A DNA stretch of 64,000 nt, from NCBI GenBank assembly GCA_000165425.1, contig CT868585.1:124001-188000 (forward strand), given 5' to 3'. Position numbers and translations under genes: made by a program. This DNA comes from Paramecium tetraurelia (lineage: Eukaryota). The notes under the pieces are model-generated. The model had not been told where the DNA came from and did not search any database. It worked only from the letters and a program-made list of their open reading frames with translations. Of the stretch, positions 29,344 through 42,996 are shown one piece after another (the first letter of the stretch is position 1; each line of letters starts with the position of its first letter).

Positions 29344-30126
29344 TCAAGGAGTTGATTCTGAGGTTGGTGGAATGTAGGTTTAACAAGAGACACATTAGTT
29401 ATTGGCAGAGTCCCAAATGTAATTATAAAAGGAGTTCACCAGGCAGTTTGAGAAATCAAGATGAGAGACATCTTGAGCTTCCTCGCATTTGATACCAGTC
29501 CATCTACAAAGTAGTGGATCGTCTTCTATGGAATTTTATCTCTATAAAACACATGTGCTCTCAAAGGTGTAATCTGAACATTAGATGACTGTGCATTTCC
29601 CATTCTTCCATTGGCATCCAAGACCTTCTCCATAAATGAAACACAAATCCTCATTGAACAATTGATCACAATATCTGATATCCACAATATTACATTTGTT
29701 ATTATTCCAGTAACACATTCTCCACTGACTTTCAAAACTAGCACAATCTTCTTCAACATTCCCACATTCTTGACGTTAAAACTCTTGACATTAGTTTCCC
29801 TGCTCTGAAGGCTGACAAGAAAGATTTAAATTTTGATCTCCTATTTTGTAGCAGTCAAACGAATCGTTCATGTAGAAGTCAGAACATTTGGTGAATTTTT
29901 GACATTGTGAGACATTCCATGAGCACGAGGCAACCCTATTGCACTTATCTATGTTGTAGTATTCAGAGCATTCTCTGGCTCTGCAAATATTGCCTTACCA
30001 AATACAATCGGTTTATTCTAAGCAACTTGAATCCGTGGAGAATTTGGAGCAATCACACTATTTGTTATATGATACTCTTAAGGAGTCTCCTATAATAGTA
30101 AGACAAAATAGAACAAATATAATCAT
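29344..30126 (-). CDS. cysteine-rich mini-antigen-like protein
   Basis: Signal peptide MIIFVLFCLTIIG; C-x-W repeats (CIWQGNIC, CSWNVSQC, CQWKNGKC); 260 aa intronless. Confidence 0.85.
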
Positions 30127-30506
30127 ATTGAAATTAAAATCTTAAATTCTAATGTTCTTTAAGTTTATACCAAGGCAAATAATAATGAATCACAAGAATG
30201 AGACGCATTAATTAATATGCATCACATTCCTGTATGTGGAATTGAAGTGGATGGGGGAATGAAATAGAAATAGTAAGGGATTAAAAATAACGCAAATTTA
30301 GATAATTAAATGAATATATTAATTATTGAATTTATTCTGCTTAAATAAATTATAAACCAAAAAATAATATTCAAAATGTCTAAATTCATTTCGGAGTGAT
30401 TTTTCAGATAATTTTCTGAAATGAGAAATAACACTCAATTTTATATATTAAGTTAGATACAGCTGTTGAATTTAATAAAATAATTATTTATTCAATTCTT
30501 AATTTA

Positions 30507-33307
30507 ATGAAATATTTTAGGAAATAATTGTTAATAATCATTAGTCTAATCAATCCTTCCTTTTTGTTATATCAAAATCTGCTGCTATCCATGAATATTA
30601 CACTCATACTACTAAATCAATACTTGAAGCATCACAACTATTACAATATCTAGAGACTGGAACAAACTTTGACCTATCTATAATGGTTGGCTATCTATTC
30701 TCAATTATCCTTGGATTGCTTTTAATAATAAATATGTGCACAAATCATAATATTGACAGATGCAGATAAAATATTCAAAATTATTGTGGGGGTTGGTTCA
30801 TCAATTAATTCTATTTTGCAGCCAAATATATTTAGGTTCTACTTTACAATTCCATATATGATTATAGTTGTGAGTGTAATCCTGTATGATAACAGAACAA
30901 AGGAAGTCAAGGAGAAAAAAGAATCCATTCAGAATTAACAGACGAATCTCATTACTTTCAAATAGAAGTCAATTTAATTTGATAAACAAGCATCTCAACG
31001 ATAGATTCAAGAAAACATCCTCCGTTCTCCAGATGGAGATTATCCTGATATTCAGAATAGCCCCATTATTATGGATTTGTAATGTAATGAAGAGGATGAT
31101 GTCCTTGCTTAAATGTGATTTTTGTAATATTATTTTAGGGCTTGGATTCACAATTAATCAATTTTGGTTTACAATCAAAACTTTGAAATAGTTTATCAGA
31201 ACTTTTTTCTTGGAAAACTCAATAAAAATCAAAATAAAGGATTACAAATAGATTATGAATCCATCTTCTTGGAATCCATAATCGAAATAGGAAGTCGAGA
31301 AGTGAATGATCTCTTCGGAAATTCTGAAATTGATTTGGATTAAGAAAAGTAATAAGAAATCTCATATGCATTCTAGTTCCTTGTTCCTGGATAGTACAGT
31401 TCATAGTAGATATAAGATAAAGGGAGGATTGCATAAGATTAGACAAATGATAGGGCAATTATATAACAATTATTCTAAGTAATGTAAGAAGTAATTTTAG
31501 ATGGAAATTCTTTACATTCACTCTCTTCAAGATCAAGAATGAAGAATTAGATTTCGATAATTTGAACATCAGAGTATTAGTGACCGAAGTCAAATTGAAA
31601 CTTTACACTCTCTTCATGTTCGAACCTATCCAGAAGACCACTTCCAAAAGGGTCTTAGATGAACCACTTCAATTTCAGAATGTATTCTAAACCTTTTTAT
31701 CTGAATCCAACAATTATATCAATGCGATTCATTTGTTGATTCTTCTGTGTTCTCACGACATAGAGAAGAATAATGGAAAAGTCTAAAAAGATTACCTCAA
31801 GTAAATGCGTATGAGCACTTAGAAATTCATGATGTTCCTAGGGACAATGAAGGATCTGACTCTATAATTGACAAACTAGCTTACATTTCGTAATTCAACA
31901 TTTAAAATAACTGATATTTTAGATGAATTGCAGCTAATTTATGATGATTGTTTAAAGATAAAGGAGATCTCTATCATCCCAATCATTGACTAAGAAATGC
32001 TTGTATATAATGATTCTGAGAGAGTAATATTAATTGATATCTTAGACTAAATAAGTTCTTAAGTGTCTATTTGAAATTGCTATTAAGTACACAGTCACTC
32101 AAAAAATTAGAATCGACATTCATTAAGTTTCACCAAACAACTATTAATTTTAAATTAAGGATATTCCATTTAGAGATGAAATTTCTTAATTAGGTTATTC
32201 AACTGTTTTGAAGAACACAGCTCAATTGATGAAGACAAACTGTAAAGATTTCGATATGAGCAATCTCTTGGAATTGTAGGTTTCGGCTATGATAGCATTT
32301 TTATTATCTGGGTCACTGCGAAAACCATTAGAATTAACTTTTGATAATCATATGTCTGGGACATTTACTTTTACAGTTGAATCCCTTTCAATAAACAGTA
32401 AATAAGCATACTATGCTCAATAGATGAAACCTAAAAGACCATTTGAAACATCTTTATCTATGCTCTTAGCCTAAGCTTAAGATAGCTCTCATTATAAAAA
32501 TGAAGAATCCAAATATATGTCCTTTACTTAAATTTCCAAATAATACTCATTAAAACCTGACACTCCCTTTGATCTATAAAGTGCTCACTTTTCACAAATA
32601 TCAAAAATCAAATAAGAATCACCCTAAATAAAACCATTGGGATCTCAACACCAAAGCAATTCAGGTGGAACCAATAAGTTCCAAGATTCTTTATTTCCTA
32701 AAAGCTTAAATAACAATCCCTCTCGAGTTATAAAAAGTGATTCAGGGGTTAATATTTCATCTAAACCTCCAACCAGCACTTTGGATTTTGGAGACAGTAC
32801 TAATCCCAATCTTGACCCTCCTGAGTTAAGTCCGAAATTCTTGCATGCTGTAATAAAGTTTAAGCTTACGAATCAGTGTTGCTCAAAAGTTATTATTGCT
32901 GATAATGATTACCTTAACGTCTAGGTTCTGTAGATATTATTAAATAAATACGAAGTCAAATCGGATAAGGCATTCACTCAACAATAAACTCTATAACTTA
33001 TACGAAACAAATAAGAAAATCCGTGCAGATGTAAAAATGGAGCGTACTTGCTATACTTCATAGATGCCTATTTACCTGTAATGATTTGTGTTTTAATGTT
33101 TATTAGCAATCAGGAGTGGAATTGATCAAAGAAATCAAGGGGCTATTTCGAACTCAGGAAGTTGATAGAGGTTTCATCATTGCCATGGCTAGTTATAGCG
33201 ACATGGAACTTAAATTAAATTGTTTTAATTCAGGAATCGATTATTTTATAGCCAAGCCTTTTGATTTGTTTGAATTATCCGCTATCCTCCAATATATATA
33301 ATTTTGA
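30507..33307 (+). CDS. membrane protein with C-terminal response-regulator receiver domain (degenerate hybrid histidine-kinase-like)
   Basis: N-terminal hydrophobic segments; C-terminal KVIIADND...YFIDAYLP..GVELIKEI...IIAMAS...GIDYFIAKPF; multiple short introns. Confidence 0.8.
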
Positions 33308-33322
33308 TTAATATATTTATTA

Positions 33323-33731
33323 ATGGTTTACGGCAGATTGATTTACAACAATGTAAAGGATTACACTCCTCAATGGTTTAAGACTATTCCTTATTAATAA
33401 ACAGTCAAACCAAGTTTTGGTATGATCTAATAGAATATCAATCTCTAGTCAGAAAACCATAAGTTGTATCTAGAATGAATGCTGATCCAAAAGTGAAGGC
33501 TTTCTGGAGATTCTTGGGAAGAAATGTGACTGATAACCCTTGGGCTTGGTAAGTCTATATTTTTGCCAATTCCTTTGTCATCTTTGCATTGTGCTATTAT
33601 CCTTGGCTCTGGGTTTATCAATTCAACAACAAAAAGGTAAGAATTCCTAATCTATCTTTCAGCGAACTATTGATTATGCTCTATAATAAGAGAAGGAATT
33701 CAAGGCAAAATAGGCTGCTGCCGAAGAATGA
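33323..33731 (+). CDS. small single-TM mitochondrial protein, cytochrome bc1 subunit 9-like
   Basis: MVYGRLIYNNVKDYTPQWFKTIPY...NADPKVKAFW...YYPWLWVYQFNNKK resembles the ciliate complex III subunit 9 as recalled; 2 introns. Confidence 0.6.
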
Positions 33732-33902
33732 GTTATTATTACACAAAATACAAAAACATTATAAGTATTTTCTGATTATGGTTATGCTATTTCAAAATTG
33801 GTTTCTTAATAATTCTTGTGATAATATACTCTTAATAATCATAATAATCATAAAACAGACATTAAAAATGTTAATCTAAAGATAGCCTCATCTACATCTG
33901 AC

Positions 33903-36233
33903 TCACATTATTACAATACAACTCCAAACTCCTTTCTACAACATTAAAATCATAAATTACTTCAAATCTACTTAATTGTCTTTGTTTTCTCTCAACAGTG
34001 CCACCATCTTCTGTGATTGGTATGTCAATTCATCATTCAAAGTATAACTTATAAAAGTGTTTCTCAAACTTGGAACCCTCGTAATATCATAAGAGCTTAT
34101 TGGCAAATCAATCATCTTTTTAGAATTATCAAATAACCCATTCTAATCTATTAATTTATTTTACATGACACAAAAATGCATAAAATTATTGAACAAAGAA
34201 GTGTGTATAACTCCCAATCAAACCAGATAATGCTCCCTTTGTTTTTAATATCACTTTATCAGAAAGTACTGAAACTTCTTGAAACACTTTTTGAAGATTG
34301 TCCAAAACTTATTATTAACAACTAGGATTAACAATGATTTAACAGATTGCACATCCATTCTCATAAAGTACTACATCTTCTTAAGTTAAGGATTAGTATT
34401 ATTCTTAATCTATTAGTTGTATCACGACAAATTATACAGGCAAGTCCTATAAATACGATACACAAAAATTAAAATCCTCTGATATCTTAAAAGTTTCCAC
34501 TTAAAGATTATTATAATCAAACCCTGGCAATTATTCAGAGAAATGTAAAGATATAGCCTTTATGTCAATATTATATTTCAGTATTTGAAATGGTTTATAA
34601 GGGCAAATCAAATGTAGATATAAACTATTAGATTCCTTAATCTAATGAGATTCTAAATTAATTGAATATTGAGATTCTTGTATAATCATTTCATGGTTCT
34701 ACTTTTCTTTTTTAATGATTAATCTATCTGGATTTTAGCTTCTTTAATCTCTTTCCAAAATTGCCAGAAAATGATCATTAGCACAAAAAGATCTAATAAT
34801 ACCCTGTTTACATTCATAGACAAGATGACCTTCTCTTGTTCGAATCTCCTTTGGCTGCTCTTCTAATGGAGCTGAGCTTACAAATGTATTAACTTCGTTT
34901 TGGTCTATATTGAATCTATATCCTTTCTTATAGTTTACAATATCTTGACCATTCAAATCTATAAATTTGTTTTCATTGGACATCTAAACTTCAATGGCTG
35001 CCTTTCCAATACCATAATTCTTTATTTTAACATTTTCACCAGGAGATATTTAATATATTATTGTCCTTTAATCAAAATTTTCCAAGTTTAATTTCAATAC
35101 ATACTTTTAAAGATCAAGATCGGATTTCTCAATATAATAGAGATAATTCTCGATAAATGCAAAAGTGTTATCAACATTTTCTAAAACCAATTGAATTTTA
35201 TCTGAACGAACAATCAAGAAAGTTAAACCTAACTATTCAATTACACACCCGTAAATATCATGAGATTTATTAGGCAAGAACTCCTTGTATAAGGATTGAA
35301 ATTTCTCTTCCTTTTAAATAGACAAATTAAAAATACTTCAATGTCTAGGATTAGATCTTCATAATGTTTAGGAATTAGATCTGCTATTATTTTACCACTG
35401 AAAACCAACTCATCATCATCTTTAATAAGTTCTTTGGCTAAATTGCTGCTCTCATTTAATAGATAATAAACTCTTACTTTCATTTTTTCTCTTGTATACG
35501 TTATAAGCTGGATGACCCTCTTTAGAATCCTTACTAAAGTATGTGTAATCCTTGAATACGATAGGGATATTTTGATAACAATCTAGTAATTCAAAGTATC
35601 TATGCTTAACTGTTTCTTCCCTTCTCAAAGTTTAGATTTAAATTAATTAAGTGTATAAGGATTCTGAAAAATCAAATTGAGCAACTTTATCAACTTCATA
35701 ATGCTTCTTTTCAAAATATCTAAAGAAATCTCCCTCTGAGAACAATTTAGGATGCTAGGGATATGGAACTAATATATTGTAAGGTGGATTGTACTTTATT
35801 TGATGGCTTCTGATGTAAAGTCATTGATATTTCGAATCCAAGGAGTTTTAACTTTCTGTTGGGGATCTGGATCAAATAAATGTGCAATTGCCAAATCTTT
35901 TTCTTTTTGTAATTCTCTTCTTGCTAACACTTGTCTTCTCATCACATTATCTGAATCCAATCTTTCTTCGTATGATTGAATTTCATGAAAATGTGTGTTT
36001 GTACCTAGTTTATTATCTAAATTCTTCATTCTGATTCTTTCTAGATCACTAATTTCTGTCTATTAGGAAATGAACTGTTCGATCTCTTATTTCACATTAA
36101 GTGGCTATTTCATAGTTTAATGAGGAATTATCTATTTTTCTTCTTCATCATCCTTGAGAAGTTTGTTTTTCAATTTTGTTATGAAACCATCTTTTCTATT
36201 AAATAGATTAATTGCTCTTCGAAATCTAAACAT
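33903..36233 (-). CDS. hypothetical protein with mitochondrial-type presequence
   Basis: MFRFRRAINLFNRK...; long code-6 frame with short introns; ends CGVGVVIM-TGA. Confidence 0.65.
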
Positions 36234-36349
36234 AAATCACAAATTAAAATATTAAAAAAACTCTTGTTAATTTTATCTTCCTAATTAGAATTTATGAATA
36301 ATTATATTTATAGGTATTCTTAGATATTTTATATAATTAAAAACTTCCA

Positions 36350-38575
36350 TCATAAGAGCTTAAGTATTTCTATTAATTCCTTTGCCTCTGCTGTGATTTC
36401 TAATTATTAATTGATTGAATCTAAATAATAATAAGGTATATACGTGTGATATTATTTAATATGTTTTTAATCTGTTTGTCATTTTGTAATTCATAAACAA
36501 TTTGTTTGAGAGCAGAATAAAAATGTTAGTCATAATTTCCAATAAAATACAACCCTAAGTCTGTAGACATTGCCAGAATTATTTAATTGAACACGTTCTC
36601 ATCGAAAATCTCATGATGTCTTTGTTTTATAAACTCTTTGCAATGATGCTTAATAAACAACAGAAGATTTCTATCATTTTTTTTATCCAAATGCACTTTT
36701 AGATTGAAAACATCAAAAAATGCATGCTAAGACAATACATCTAAGGATTTCTTAGTATATAATTCCATAGTGTCCTTCAAAGCTTTTTGCTGCTCTTTTG
36801 GCAAGAACAGAATTGCTTCTCCTAAGGCTACTTTATTTAAGAACACTCTTCCAGACTTTTATAATCCAAAATCAATCTAACCATTCACAACACTTGGATG
36901 ATTAGGATCAGCAAATAAGTTTTATGGAAGTTGAATATTGTACTTTTTACAAGTGATTACAACGAGGTTTTCAACAAGCAATCTATAACCAAATAAGCAA
37001 TTATCCACTAATACTTTTGTATTTACTTCTTGGCATTCTTGTTAAATCTTTTATAATGATCTTTAAGTTATCATAAGACCAAGAGCCATATCCTCAATTT
37101 TTTTCTAAATCTCCTAAATAACCTAACTGGATGCAGATTTCTTGCTTTCGAATAGTTCAATCTTAATTTGCTCATAGAAGGCAGACAATCTCGGCTATAA
37201 AAACTAGAACAATTCATCAACGCAATCATTGTATTCCACCAATTTTTTCTAAGTCAGTAAATCAGTGATTTCTTTATTGGTAAACAACTCTTATTTATTT
37301 TATGATTTCTTTTTTTGTGGTTATTATTATTTTTTATTTTTCTTGTTTGCAACCCCTCCTGCTGAAGCTTATATATCTTAAGGTGTATCGTCTTGAATTT
37401 GCTGTTATTCAATCAATTTCTGGGGATTCTAATAAATAGAATCAATTATTTTATCTTTAAATGCCAAAACCAACTTATCTAGGAATGCCTTATGATATAT
37501 CATAAAATTGGCATATTCACAATTGGTTAGTTGCATCAAGGAAAACAAAGTCTCTATATCTTAATCACTTAGAATGACTGGTAGAATTTCCTGAAGATTC
37601 GTATGACCTTCGTTAATGAGCAATTCTTGTATTTACTCTTGTTTTGAAATTAGAGCATCTCTGCTAAATCCACAAGTGTCCAAGAATATCACATTATCTT
37701 TAAACATCTACTTTAGATATTCTTTTGGTTTTTGAATGAAAAACTACGAATAGAGTTTGTCATACTCGACATAAGAATTTTATTCAAAAAATTATTTAAC
37801 TTATGCCTCTTAATTTTGAATAAATTTCGAACTCACATATTAACCTGATATGATTTTACCATCAAGTTATTTGGTAACTAACAATTATTCGCAAATTTTT
37901 TAGGAGTTTTGAATTTCTAAGTCTTTATTCAATTTCATAAAAGAGATAGGCCTCAACGTTGCTCGCAAAATACCACAAAGTTTGGCAGTAATTATTTCAA
38001 GGTAAGTCACAGTAGTCAATTTGTCTTCATTAAGCACTCCTTAAATGACTGTCCCCACTTATTGAAGCACATATTTTTAAACAAATTACATTGGAAAAGC
38101 AAATTTTTGCATTACTTTCATAAATTTAGATGAATGTGTACTTTCTTATAATGAAATAATTGATTTTTGTTGCAACTCCTCGTTTATTTCTTCACAGACA
38201 TTTAGAATATAATCATGAGACATCATTTCATCTTGCATTCTGACAACATCCTGTTTCGATATTTAATATTAAAATTACCCAACCATTGCTATCCTTTTCT
38301 ATTTATCCTTCAATTTTGTCAAATCCTATGCCCAATATATCAGGTAATTGATTCACTGCCACTCTCTTGTTTAGTAAAATTAACTGATGAATCTCCTTTG
38401 ACAACTCTTTAGGCGTTATCAAGCTTTAACCATCTGTTGAATGATAAACCTTTAAGTCATATTCTTTAACTAGTTTTTCAATCAGATCAATTATGATTCT
38501 ATCAGATAATCTATATTTCGTTGATGTCTCCTATATTTCTGCTAATTGTTATTAAAGAGCGAATAGTTCCTCCAT
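36350..38575 (-). CDS. UFL1: E3 UFM1-protein ligase 1
   Basis: MEELFALQQQLAEIQ...RLSDRIIIDLIEKL...VYHSTDGQALITP matches the UFL1 N-terminal signature. Confidence 0.85.
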
Positions 38576-39901
38576 AATAAATTTTATATATAAAACGATT
38601 TTATATTTTTTTTTAATTTATATAGGTATAAGCCATAGAAGATATCTATTTTTTTAGAGAAACATTATTAAAGATAAGTATAAGTCAATATATGCTATAA
38701 TTTAATGATTTCTGTTTTCTTCAGAAAATATTGCTGGTAACAAATCAATATACCATTCCCTAATTAGGCCGCTCCGATCTTATTTTTTTCAAGAAAGCAA
38801 TCGACAAATATCTTTAAATTAAAGGAGAGTATAGGATTTATAATTAGAATCTTATTTATTGTAGTTCTCAAGGAGATGAATTAATTAATTAATTCAATAA
38901 ATTTCTTGTAATTCTATTGATTCTAACTCAAAGTGTTTCAATTTCAAGGTACTTAATTGCATTACATAGTTATCGTAGTTCATTCTATTCTTGATTATCT
39001 CAAATTCACTTTTAGTTGTAAATACATAACCAGATTATAAAAAATAATAAAAAGCAATTTTAGAGATTCCATGTCTCATAAAATTGTTTCATGAAAATTT
39101 TATAGATACTCATTCTAAACTTGCAAGATTTCATGTAATTCGTTGTATGATAGAACCTCCAGATCGTCAACCTTATTCAAGCTATCAGAATAATAATCTA
39201 ATTCAAATGGATCCTCATCTATTACATAGATTAAATCCTTTAATAGATTACTCATTGGATCTTCATAATATTCAATTTATGTCGGCGGTGGCTACTAGGT
39301 GATTTAGAAATGGCCTATATTCATTTAAAATTATAAATATTAAATAATCTAATTAAAACTCATTCCTTACTTTTCGTGATCGTAAAACATTAAAGCTTAG
39401 CTGTAGCTTAAAAATGTTAGTACGAACAAGTTTTAGTAATATACAATTTTCTATTTATTTATAAATCTACCATCTTTAACTGTACAGAACAACACTAGGG
39501 GTGAAGGACGAAGTTTTTGGTCATAGCCATGAGCGAACTTCCACCGTATATCTCGGAATGCATCAAAGGTGACGCCGCTACTAAAATAATCCTTGATCCA
39601 AGGCTAGCTTTCTCTCTAATGAAAATTATTTTCATATTATTATTATTATTATATCTATCATCGTCTGTTACCAGCCTATTCAGTAACCATCTATCTTCTC
39701 ATAATATAACCTACAAATTAATATAAAATTTATCTATCAAGGAGAATAATTTATAGAACAATAGATACATCTTTATCATTATATAGCTCATTAATATTTT
39801 GTTAAGAATAATCTTAGGACTTTCATTAGCAACATGAAACAAAAGGTTTCTAATTTATCAAAATATTGGAATAATATGTATTTAGACAATGTTCTAAAGC
39901 T

Positions 39902-41587
39902 ATGAATTTCTTATTAAATTTGTTAAAATAAATGAAAAGTTTTGAGTAAAAAGATGAAAATCTAGAAAATGAATAAAACCAACAAAGTAAGACATAAAAA
40001 AAGCAAAAAAAGATAATAGATAAACTAACTCAACGCACTGAGGAATATTTTTCATAATCATAAGTATTAAATGATTATAAGTAGAATATAAATTAGGGTG
40101 GAATCTCCTCCAGTAAGTCTTTGGCTTAGATATCTAACAATTAGCTCAGAAAACATTAAATCAACAGACTCGTTGAGGAATGCTAAAAAATGAAGAATGT
40201 ATCCAAAAGCATAATCATTAGATTAAAGAAATTCCTTCAGAATAGGTTTTGAAAATGGTTAAAACTTACGATATGCTGTTTGCAGCTCAATCCAAATAAG
40301 TAACATTAAAGGAATAGAATATTTAAATTATCGATATTAAATTGAGAGTACATAATGAATTCGAAGATTATTTATACTCTCAACACTAACTAATCCATAA
40401 CACATTCAGAAGAGGCCTTTGCTTATTATTATTAGACAATGAATACTCAATATTAAGGAAAGGACTGAAAAAATTCTTTGATATGTAATATTATATTGAT
40501 TGAAAGAAATTTAAAGTAATTTTGCAACAAAGCCAATTCAACTTTGACCAATAAGACAGAGGAAATAATACATAATTATACATTCTCTTGTTTGCCTAAA
40601 GAGTCTGAAATCAAAATAACTTAAATGGAAAAGGTAAATGGAGAAAATGCTTAAATCTCCTATAATAGAGCATTGGATCGATGGATCATAGGCTCTAAGA
40701 ATGTGACATTATTATGTATAGATGAATCTGAGCTAAATTAATACGATTCTTAAATTACAAACGATCCACTTGATAATAGATATCGATATGCAATGAAAAT
40801 TGCTTAGGAATGGTTCAAAATTATTGGATTATCCAAAAACGTGGATTCTATAAAGAATTATTTGAATGATCATACATTAATTGGAGAATATTGTGGAAAT
40901 AATGAATACTAGCACTTTGTATAGTATGATCATGTGTAACTCAAATTTTATGCATTGGTTCCTAAAGTAAGTGCTCAATCCTCAGTCAATTGTCTTCATC
41001 CAGATTAGACCTTGGCTATATTATAATCCTTAGAATTAAATACAGTTAAGTTCAATCATATAATTACTAAAAATTATGAAGATTTTGAAAAACAGTTATT
41101 GGATATAATCAAGACAGTTTCAATATCAAAATTATCAGAAGTAGGAGAAGGAAATGTTTTATATTTTAGCGATTCATAATAGGAGTGCTTCTCCTTAGCT
41201 AAATTAAAATCTCTTGAATGTAATAGATTATTAAGAATTTTAGATAGATTTAAGCGAAAAATAAGGGAAAAATTAAGATTGATTCTAACAAAGGATCAAG
41301 ATTCAAATGCAACTCTTAACAAATACATAGATGAAGTCACTTCATTAGCAAAGGAACTTAATCAATTATTTGAACATCCTATTTAAATAGATCTAAATAT
41401 CGATTTAGCTAAAAAGTGTTTTGAAGCTACATAAATTGAACTTATTCAAAAAAAAGATGCTGATTTTAAGAATTTTTGCGTTGATATGATTGATAATAAA
41501 TTCATATCATTTTTGACAGAAATAGAGTAAAAAGATAAGAAAGAAAACGTTTTTGAATTAGAATTTTAGAAACACAATATAATTTGA
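39902..41587 (+). CDS. putative ATP-dependent RNA ligase (Rnl1/Trl1-like nucleotidyltransferase)
   Basis: RRGL...KGLKKFFD, motif I EKVNG (40628), SKN, motif III TLIGEYC, IIIa FYAL, IV EGNVL, V KLK. Confidence 0.75.
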
Positions 41588-41674
41588 GATATATAAATCA
41601 TATATAAGTAAAAATAATACAAAATTTAAAGATTAGTCTTATTAAAGAAAGAAACAATAGTTAATATTAACATT

Positions 41675-41746
41675 TCCGGTATAGTCTAGTGGTTAGGATA
41701 TCAGGTTTTCACCCTGGGGACCCGGGTTCAATCCCCGGTATCGGAA
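41675..41746 (+). tRNA. trnE: tRNA-Glu (anticodon TTC)
   Basis: Acceptor stem TCCGGTA/TATCGGA, D-loop TAGTGG, anticodon arm TCAGG-TTTTCAC-CCTGG, T-loop GGTTCAATCC. Confidence 0.97.
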
Positions 41747-41749
41747 AAA

Positions 41750-41756
41750 TTTTTTT
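41750..41756 (+). terminator. RNA polymerase III oligo-T terminator of tRNA-Glu
   Basis: T7 run beginning 4 nt after the discriminator base. Confidence 0.8.
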
Positions 41757-41811
41757 GTTTAAATATAAATAAGTGTGATTTGGACACGTGAGTGCCTGAG
41801 AATATAAATAA

Positions 41812-42971
41812 TCAAGCAATATTCACAAAGCAATTTTTAAATTTATTATTGACTATTTCTTTAATCTTTTGTCTAGTTTCTCTCTTATTCTATCCTGATG
41901 CCATAATAATTGCATTATGTTCTGCTCCATGATTCCATATATATATATTACTATTGAATTCTGAGAGTCGTTATCGTATTCCTGGGAATTTCTCGTTTGT
42001 TGCCAAGAGAAGTGCCTAGATAGAAGTTTGAACCAATGGCGATAATTAAATCTAAATTTAAATAAATATTCTACTATAATAATGATTGTGTTGGTCATGG
42101 CAATTATTGTTCCTATGGCAGCATAAGACAAGGTGTTATCAAGCATACATTCTAGAAATGTGCCTATGTTGAAGAGTAATTCACATAAAAATAACATGGT
42201 TATGGCATGCATATTCAAATAATGAGTGTGATAGTATCTAGATGGATTTGAGCCTATCAAATCTTTGTAGTTGAGTATAAACTATTGGAGTTACTCCTTA
42301 TCAGTGGTGAAATTTGCTTGGATGTATTCAACAAATAGGAAGATCCCTATAAATGACAAGGCTATTCTCAATGAGGCATAGTACAACTCATTGTTTTAGT
42401 TTTATTAATTTTCATCAATAGGATGATTAATGACATGAAGATCTTCTAGGATTTCATGTGCATTTCTTGATATTTGGAACATAGTCAATATTGACACGTG
42501 AATGCATAATGTGAATGAAGACAAATATTCTAGTCTTTACATCGCAAAAGGGAAGGTTGTTGTTGATTAAAAGGTCTTTGCTTTAATTCCACAATATATG
42601 GCAAAAACAATAACTATTGAATTTAATATACAATCAAAGCTCTCCTCTGTCAAATGTGCACTGGAACTTGTCAATCCTGAATAAAAGGAATAAAATGCAA
42701 GTGCAATATAAGAAAGTGCTATGATCATTGCTGATTTATAATCTGAACTTCCAAATATGAATTTTATCAATTGTGTATCTTGACTTTTATCTGCTTCAGG
42801 TTCAAAATGGTCATCATGTTCGTGGTAATCGTGATCATGATCATCGTGACTATGATCACAATGACTATGATTGTGATGGTTGTGATCATGATTATGTACA
42901 TGATGATCTTAATCAATAGTGTTCTCACATTCTCCATAGTCACAAATGGTATATGATTATTACTTTGACAT
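41812..42971 (-). CDS. cation diffusion facilitator (ZnT-like) with His-rich N-terminus
   Basis: (HD/HN)n tract at ~42810-42905; TTFPFAMQRLEYLSSF and YLNMHAI CDF-like motifs; several TM segments. Confidence 0.75.
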
Positions 42972-42996
42972 TTAATTAAATAAATAATAATAATTG

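Noticed and set aside
38700..39330. Several in-frame TGAs that could be read as Trp or Sec
   Set aside because: The TGA frequency is about what chance gives at this base composition, no SECIS was recognised, and all intact genes use TGA as stop.
42771..42956. Hydrophobic Met/Ile/Val ORF in the supplied track
   Set aside because: It is the antisense shadow of the His/Asp repeat of the CDF gene.
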